Position numbers and translations under genes: made by a program. Under the pieces are notes generated by a model. That model saw only the letters and a program-made list of their open reading frames with translations. It was not told the DNA's origin and did no database searches. From Candidatus Woesearchaeota archaeon (lineage in GTDB: Archaea > Nanobdellota > Nanobdellia > Pacearchaeales > GW2011-AR1), in NCBI GenBank assembly GCA_964557325.1, contig CAZKZO010000001.1, positions 1,159 through 65,158 on the forward strand: a stretch of DNA of 64,000 nt. The letters are read 5' to 3'. This document shows positions 58,116 to 64,000 of this stretch, one piece after another (positions within the stretch are counted from its first letter, which is position 1; each line of letters starts with the position of its first letter).

Positions 58116-61100
58116 TCAAAACCATTTACCTAAATTCTCTTGTTGTTCTGGCTCTTTTCCAAAAACAGAATCTATATGTCTCTTAGTTAACTCAAGGCTT
58201 TGAATAATATACTTTGAAAGTTCGTATTTTTCTGCAAGAGATAATGCAGGCTCAAGATATTTTTTTATACCTCCTTCATGAGTTGTAAAGATTATTTTTC
58301 CTTTGCATTTAGAACACTTGCCATTTAAAGGAGGCCTTCTCATAATTTCATTACACCCTACACATCTAAAATCTTGCATAGCAAAATTCCTTAAATTTCC
58401 CCTCATATCTCTTAAAAAATGTCTTTCAATAACAAGTCTTGCAGTTTCAGAAGTATCTGCAGATCTTATTTTTTCAACCAATTCCATCTGATGTTGGACT
58501 TTTTCCTGCATTGTAGCTAAAAGTTTATAATTAGAACAAATAACACCTTTGTTAAAATTAGAGGTGTTATGTGTAAACCCTATATTTACAAAAGGATCTT
58601 CATTTTTTGCTAACAATTGTTTTACTGTTTTTATTTTAACTTCAGACGAATGCTTTCCCTGCTCAGCTTTCTTATAAAGTTCTAAAGGATACTCATTAAC
58701 AAGTTCAAAATCAAGTATTTGATCATCAACTTCACCAGCATCTATTTTAGCATTTAAAACAAGAGGTGCATCTTGTGTACCTCCTCTATGTCCTGGCAAA
58801 AACTCTCTTGAGAAATTCAAAAGCACATCTCCTAAAAGCATAACTGCAGCCTCATCACCATCACAATCTCTCCTAATAGCTGCATGCATATAAGGACTTG
58901 CAAACAAACCCAATACTTCTGAAAACCCAATAATCCTGCATATAACACCTGCACAATTATGAGGAGCCATACACACTCCTAAATGTCCTACCAAATCTTC
59001 TTTTTTCTTCAAATTATAAAAACTAGGCATTTTGTAAAATCTCTTTAAAAGTTCATCAACATAATGTGCAACATTAACAAAGATATCGCCTGCTCTTGCT
59101 TCAGGAACACTAAAGGAATTAGGTAAAATTACATCATGAGGTTTTAACTCTAAAATCTGGTCTTCACTTACAAGTTCTTTTCCATTAATATCTTTTTCAT
59201 AACCCAACTCTTTTAACTTTTCAATTGAAACAGAAACTTCCTTAGGTTTAAAAGCTACAATTGATAATTCTGTAGCATCAAACCTTATAGTCCCGTCTTT
59301 ATTTACTTGTAAATTATGTGCAGCTCTTAAAATTCCTTTAGACAAATTCTCTACAATATGATTTTCAGAACTAGTACCTCTTATCCCTTTAATTAAAACA
59401 GGTACTTCATTAGATTTTAATCCAAGTTCTTCTACAGCCTTATCAAAATAATGATTAACATCTATTTTTCTATAATAGTAAGAGGTAGAATTTTCATTTT
59501 TATTGAAAGAAGTTTCTTTTTTCTCTCTATCATAAAACATATGTTTTGTTTTTTTATTGCACTTCCCACAAATAGGATAAATAGTTTCAAATTTACATTT
59601 TTCGCAAAAATAAGAAGGGAATTCTCCTGAAACAGCTCCTTCTTCACAAGCAGCATGAACACTTCTAAGTCTTCCTCCTTCTTTTCCCACAACAAACAAT
59701 CCATTAGGACTTCCTGTTAATTTTCTGAGTTTTGCTTTTTCAGGCCTTCCCATTCTAGAACCAATAAACTCTCCTGCTTTGTCTTTAATTTCAAATTCAG
59801 AATGTTTATTTATTATTTCTAAAACATTTAAATCTTCAACTTCAAATTTTTTTTCTTCAATAAAATTTTTTAAAAATCCTTCATTTTCCAAAACCCTGAA
59901 GTCTACACCTAAATTTACAAGCAAGGTTTTACTCTCTTTTGGTTCAATAACAATGTGCTCAGTAGTAACCTTATGTTCAATTCCTAAAAGTTCTAAAGCT
60001 CTTTTTCCATCAGCAAATTTTTCATGTTCAGATTTTATATAAGGCAGGATAATCTTTTTTTCAAGTTTGGCTTTTTTAAGCCAATTAATTAAATTGTATA
60101 ATTGTTTTTTTGTAATCTGGGTCCAATAAAAAATATATTTTGGATGTAAAGGAAGTTTATTTTCCCTGCTTATTTTAATTGCATTATCAAAACCCACTTC
60201 AAAGTAATTTATTTCTTTTTCAAGTTCAGGATTTTTCTCTCTTAACTCTAATTTCCATATTTCTTCAACATAACCTGGCTTAATTAAAGAAGCATTTCTA
60301 TTTAAAACATCACTAAAAGGAAAGAGCATATCTCCAAGATAAATTATTTCTTCAATATCAGGATAAAGTTTTCTTGCTTCTTTTTCATCACTTATTCTTT
60401 TCACACTTCCATTAAAAAGTTTTACAACAGGTCCTTCAATATCATCACAAACAGTTCCAACCCCTCCTTTAGTCGGCTTTTCAAGTTTAAGTTGAGTTCC
60501 TGTAGCTATAAAATCATCTGTTATAGCCATAGTAGCAGGATGTAGTGAAAAAGAACTAAATCCACTCACTCTGCTTCTTCCATATCTAAACCTAAATCCT
60601 CCTGAAGCAGAAGGATGTCCAAATACAGGCCTTCCTGCAACAAGATCTTTAATATAAGTAGGAGAATCGTCTGTTGCACCTTTTTCTCTTTTTTCATGCA
60701 ATTCAAGATATTCTGATATAAAATCAAAACCAGTGGATTTTATTCCTTTATCTTTTACACTATTCAAAAGCCTAAATCCTTTTGCAGCTTTTTGTGCAAG
60801 CCCTTCTGAAAAAATCAGGCACATTCCTCCCCTGATATAATCTGTACTTACCCTATCTAGATTTTTAAAATTAGAAACTTCTTTTCGTGTAGTAGGTTCA
60901 CCTTCAATTTGAATAGGAATGTTTTTTGCCAAAAATAAAGCTTCTTCTTTTGTAGGCATATACTGGAGATTAGTAATTCTTTCATGATAATCCAGGTTTT
61001 CAATAAAATATCTCTGCACTTCTTCATTTGAAGGGTCATACTTTGCATATCCAAAAGTTTCTCTTAAATAATCAATAAGCATTAAAACTAAACATGAAGC

Positions 61101-61568
61101 AGTAGTTCCTGCACTTCTAATAGGTCCTGAAAAATAAGCAATAAAATATTCTTCACCTTTTTTTGTCTTACCTGTTGCAAGTCTTGTGAATCCCTCAATA
61201 GGGCTGGAAACCACACCAAGAGTTATATAAGCAAAACCAATTCTAATTCCAGCTTCAATAGCTTCAATCAAACTTGAGAATTTACAGTATTTTTGTTTTG
61301 CAACTTCTTCAGCAATTTTAAATGCTACCATAGGGTCAAGCTTTCCATAATCTTTTTCAAGTTCAAGTATTCTTTTAACAATTCCAGAACCCCCTATTTG
61401 AGGGTATATAGCTGCTATCAAACCCACTACTTTTTCAGCCAAACTCCTTGCCAAAGGAATTTCAACTTTATCAACAGGATCTTTTCCTTGAGCTCTTGCT
61501 TTTTCAGCTATAGCATATACTTTTTTTGTTTGCTTTTCAATTTCTTTAAGATATTGTTGTGTGTTCAT
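58116..61568 (-). CDS. polC: DNA polymerase D large subunit DP2
   Basis: FSGPIRSAGTT, GFRFRYGRSR, RMGRPEKAK, RRDCDGDE, C-terminal Zn finger. Confidence 0.97.
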   Translation of the reverse strand: MNTQQYLKEIEKQTKKVYAIAEKARAQGKDPVDKVEIPLARSLAEKVVGLIAAIYPQIGGSGIVKRILELEKDYGKLDPMVAFKIAEEVAKQKYCKFSSLIEAIEAGIRIGFAYITLGVVSSPIEGFTRLATGKTKKGEEYFIAYFSGPIRSAGTTASCLVLMLIDYLRETFGYAKYDPSNEEVQRYFIENLDYHERITNLQYMPTKEEALFLAKNIPIQIEGEPTTRKEVSNFKNLDRVSTDYIRGGMCLIFSEGLAQKAAKGFRLLNSVKDKGIKSTGFDFISEYLELHEKREKGATDDSPTYIKDLVAGRPVFGHPSASGGFRFRYGRSRVSGFSSFSLHPATMAITDDFIATGTQLKLEKPTKGGVGTVCDDIEGPVVKLFNGSVKRISDEKEARKLYPDIEEIIYLGDMLFPFSDVLNRNASLIKPGYVEEIWKLELREKNPELEKEINYFEVGFDNAIKISRENKLPLHPKYIFYWTQITKKQLYNLINWLKKAKLEKKIILPYIKSEHEKFADGKRALELLGIEHKVTTEHIVIEPKESKTLLVNLGVDFRVLENEGFLKNFIEEKKFEVEDLNVLEIINKHSEFEIKDKAGEFIGSRMGRPEKAKLRKLTGSPNGLFVVGKEGGRLRSVHAACEEGAVSGEFPSYFCEKCKFETIYPICGKCNKKTKHMFYDREKKETSFNKNENSTSYYYRKIDVNHYFDKAVEELGLKSNEVPVLIKGIRGTSSENHIVENLSKGILRAAHNLQVNKDGTIRFDATELSIVAFKPKEVSVSIEKLKELGYEKDINGKELVSEDQILELKPHDVILPNSFSVPEARAGDIFVNVAHYVDELLKRFYKMPSFYNLKKKEDLVGHLGVCMAPHNCAGVICRIIGFSEVLGLFASPYMHAAIRRDCDGDEAAVMLLGDVLLNFSREFLPGHRGGTQDAPLVLNAKIDAGEVDDQILDFELVNEYPLELYKKAEQGKHSSEVKIKTVKQLLAKNEDPFVNIGFTHNTSNFNKGVICSNYKLLATMQEKVQHQMELVEKIRSADTSETARLVIERHFLRDMRGNLRNFAMQDFRCVGCNEIMRRPPLNGKCSKCKGKIIFTTHEGGIKKYLEPALSLAEKYELSKYIIQSLELTKRHIDSVFGKEPEQQENLGKWF

Positions 61569-61575
61569 TTTAAAT

Positions 61576-62169
61576 TTAGATTTTATTTAAATATCCAAGG
61601 ATTTCATTCCAGTCATTTACCCTAATTATATTTTCATTTTTCTTTTCATGTTCATTCCAAGGTTTATCCAAAAGAAAAACCCTAATACCTTTATTAGCAC
61701 AATTTAAGGCATAAGTGAGATTATCTTCAACCATAATAGAAATGCCTATTTGTTCACAAATTTCAGATTTTGTTTTACCTCCAAAAATATCTCCTGAATA
61801 AAAAACATTAAAATTATTATTTGGAAATTCTTTTTTAAAAAATAATTCTGTTTTTTCTTTAATTTTTTTAGGACGTGCAGTAATAAAATAAATTTCATGA
61901 GTATTTGAAATCAATTCAATACTTTCTTTAACTTCTGGAAGTAAACTTAAATTATCAAACTCTTCTGAATCTAAAAAATCATGCATCTCTTTTATAGCTT
62001 TTTCTTTTGAATTATAAATCTCTGTCTTCCATAAATGATATTCTTTAATGTTATGCCATTTAAAATCAGTTTTATTTTTTTTATTAATAAAAGCAAGATA
62101 ATTTTTCATAAATTCAATGATAACATCGTCAATATCTATACCTATTTTTATTTTAGATTCTTGTTTCAT
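61576..62169 (-). CDS. HAD-family 5'(3')-deoxyribonucleotidase-like protein
   Basis: IGIDIDDVI, FITAR, MVEDN, DKPWN. Confidence 0.85.
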   Translation of the reverse strand: MKQESKIKIGIDIDDVIIEFMKNYLAFINKKNKTDFKWHNIKEYHLWKTEIYNSKEKAIKEMHDFLDSEEFDNLSLLPEVKESIELISNTHEIYFITARPKKIKEKTELFFKKEFPNNNFNVFYSGDIFGGKTKSEICEQIGISIMVEDNLTYALNCANKGIRVFLLDKPWNEHEKKNENIIRVNDWNEILGYLNKI

Positions 62170-63743
62170 TCTAGCTTTTTGCCTCCAAAATCTAATATTT
62201 TAACTGCTCTTGATTTTAAATTAAATAAAGGAACCTTGCAAACATCTTGTTGAACTCCTTTCTTTCTTTGATTTTCTGTTTCATCTTCCCATGAAGCATT
62301 TGAAACTAAAAGTATATTATTATAATGAGAAACAGAGCATTTATGTGTATGTCCTGAAACAAAAATATCTGGAATCTTATCAATAACCATGCCATCTTCT
62401 TCAGACGGCAAAGCCTGAATAGATGAATGAGCAGGTGCTAAATGCCTGTGTTTTAAAAGATATCTCATTATCTCTTCAGGAGCATTTAATCCCTTTTCAA
62501 GAAGTTTTTGTACATTATTTGCATAATAAGGATATGAAAAACCATGATAGGTTAAAACATCTAATCCAGAAAAATCCTTTTCAGCCCCTATATTTACATA
62601 AGAAGGGTTACCTGTTAAAATAACATTTTTTAAATTATAAAGTGGCCATGCATATTTTTCATCCAAAACAGGTTGAGGCTCCATTAAACGAACACCATCA
62701 TGGTTTCCAGGAGAAATAATTACCTTAATATTCCTTCTTATCTTTCCAATTAATTCTGCAAAACCCTGAAATTGAGATTCAATATCTTCAATTTTTAAAT
62801 CTTTTTTCTGTCCAGGATAAACACCTACACCTGCAATCAAATCTCCTGTAATAAAAAGGTATTTTATTCTATCAGATTCAAAAGAATTTTTAGTCTTTCC
62901 ATTTAAATAATTAATAAATTTTTTAAAATTATCTTCAAAAAAAAGCTTGCTTCCATAATGTAAATCACTAATGAAAACTGCATTTTCATCATTAGGTGAT
63001 TTTTTTCTTTCAAACAAAACAGCTTCAGGAAAAACAATATTATTTGCAAACAAAATCTGCCTGTCTCCAAAACCTGTAAATCCAATTACACTATCTAAAG
63101 AAAGATTTTCAGCTTCTTCAAAAAGATCTGGTTTATTATTATTTATCAAGACTCTTGTTTTCCCTGTCAAATCTTCAACTTCTAAAAGAAGATTCTTATT
63201 CTTAGTAACTCTTTTCTCAGAAATCAATCCAATAATAGAAACTTTTTTTCTTGAATTAGGTAGCTTATTTATTGAAACCAAATCACTTAATTCAGAATGT
63301 TCCTGTAAAATATTTCTCAATTTGACAAACCTGTGCCTAAAATTCTTTACAAAATCTTTTACTTCAACTTTTTTCTTGAATACAGGTGTCTTTGATAAAA
63401 CCTTTATGCCTGTTTCACTTATTTTTTGATTTTGATCAGAAGGATTTTGTAGAGGGGAAACCTCCTTTGATATTTCAATACTTAAACCTAATTTTATTTT
63501 AAGTTTTTCCAGCTTTTTCTGTTTTTCTTCAGGTAAGGTTAAAAAAAAATCCTGGGTTTTTTGTTTATTGTTCTCTAAAAAATTTTTTGTAATGATATTT
63601 GACCTTGTATGTTTTTGGATTCTTTCTAAAATAAGTTTAGCAGATTCTAAATCTTCAACTTCTTCGCTAAAAAGATTTAATGTTTCAGAATCTAACAAAA
63701 TTCCTTGTTTAATACACCAATTAAGCATTTTTCTTTTATCCAT
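62166..63743 (-). CDS. polB: DNA polymerase D small subunit DP1
   Basis: OB fold EDLTG, ISDLHYGS, GDLIAGVGVYPGQ, PGNHD, RHLAP, GHTH. Confidence 0.95.
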   Translation of the reverse strand: MDKRKMLNWCIKQGILLDSETLNLFSEEVEDLESAKLILERIQKHTRSNIITKNFLENNKQKTQDFFLTLPEEKQKKLEKLKIKLGLSIEISKEVSPLQNPSDQNQKISETGIKVLSKTPVFKKKVEVKDFVKNFRHRFVKLRNILQEHSELSDLVSINKLPNSRKKVSIIGLISEKRVTKNKNLLLEVEDLTGKTRVLINNNKPDLFEEAENLSLDSVIGFTGFGDRQILFANNIVFPEAVLFERKKSPNDENAVFISDLHYGSKLFFEDNFKKFINYLNGKTKNSFESDRIKYLFITGDLIAGVGVYPGQKKDLKIEDIESQFQGFAELIGKIRRNIKVIISPGNHDGVRLMEPQPVLDEKYAWPLYNLKNVILTGNPSYVNIGAEKDFSGLDVLTYHGFSYPYYANNVQKLLEKGLNAPEEIMRYLLKHRHLAPAHSSIQALPSEEDGMVIDKIPDIFVSGHTHKCSVSHYNNILLVSNASWEDETENQRKKGVQQDVCKVPLFNLKSRAVKILDFGGKKLE

Positions 63744-63763
63744 TATAATCCCTATTAAAAATT

Positions 63764-64000
63764 TTATTGATAACTAAGTGACTCATGAATTATTTGCTTA
63801 GCCTTATCTATTATATTTTTTGCAATTGCAAGTCTTATTTCCCTTGTTCTCCCTCCTCTTCCTTTAGAAATCACCCTTACATTAATAATCCCCAACATAT
63901 CAAATTCCTGAATTATATCTGAAACTCTTCTTTGAGTCAAAACTTCAGATTTATTTTTCAAACAAACCTCTTGATAATGATTATAAACATCTCCTGTAAA
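63764..64000 (-). CDS. cdc6: Cdc6/Orc1 replication initiator, C-terminal part
   Basis: TGDVY..Y ... LTQRRVSDII.EFDMLGII ... SKGRGGRTREI winged helix. Confidence 0.92.
   Translation of the reverse strand, partial: FTGDVYNHYQEVCLKNKSEVLTQRRVSDIIQEFDMLGIINVRVISKGRGGRTREIRLAIAKNIIDKAKQIIHESLSYQ

Noticed and set aside
188..63777. Many antisense or nested ORFs in the track (e.g. 7421-7918, 9560-10075, 36285-36665, 38596-39033, 62971-63429)
   Set aside because: Shadows of well-supported genes on the other strand or frame; Phe/Ser/Leu-rich composition expected from reversed Lys/Glu codons.
1..64000. CRISPR array, rRNA genes, IS transposases, integrases
   Set aside because: No regularly spaced repeats, rRNA-like stretch or such ORFs seen by eye.

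Overview
AT-rich archaeal chromosome segment. The gene set (PolD DP1/DP2, Cdc6, GINS, RadA, RPA, aIF2-alpha, aEF-1beta, eL42, eS1, SRP54/FtsY, Bud32), short TATA-to-ATG distances and many small membrane/secreted ORFs point to a DPANN archaeon, probably Pacearchaeota/Woesearchaeota-like (inference). It holds 3 tRNAs, a type IV/Tad-like pilus locus with about 10 pilin-like ORFs (three missing from the ORF track), two inteins (RadA, Hef), two toxin-antitoxin pairs (one on a mini-island at tRNA-Gln) and several degenerate pseudo-enzymes. Best leads: (1) an unannotated ~83-nt rod-like RNA at 5295-5377 (-) resembling a minimal, 4.5S-like SRP RNA near ftsY/srp54; (2) a TrmB-linked divergent cassette (13.7-16.3 kb) with two paralogous Janus/PHPT1-like proteins and a shared palindromic operator; (3) a signal-peptide protein that looks like an 8-stranded bacterial outer-membrane beta-barrel. 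All calls are by eye; no searches or folding programs were run.
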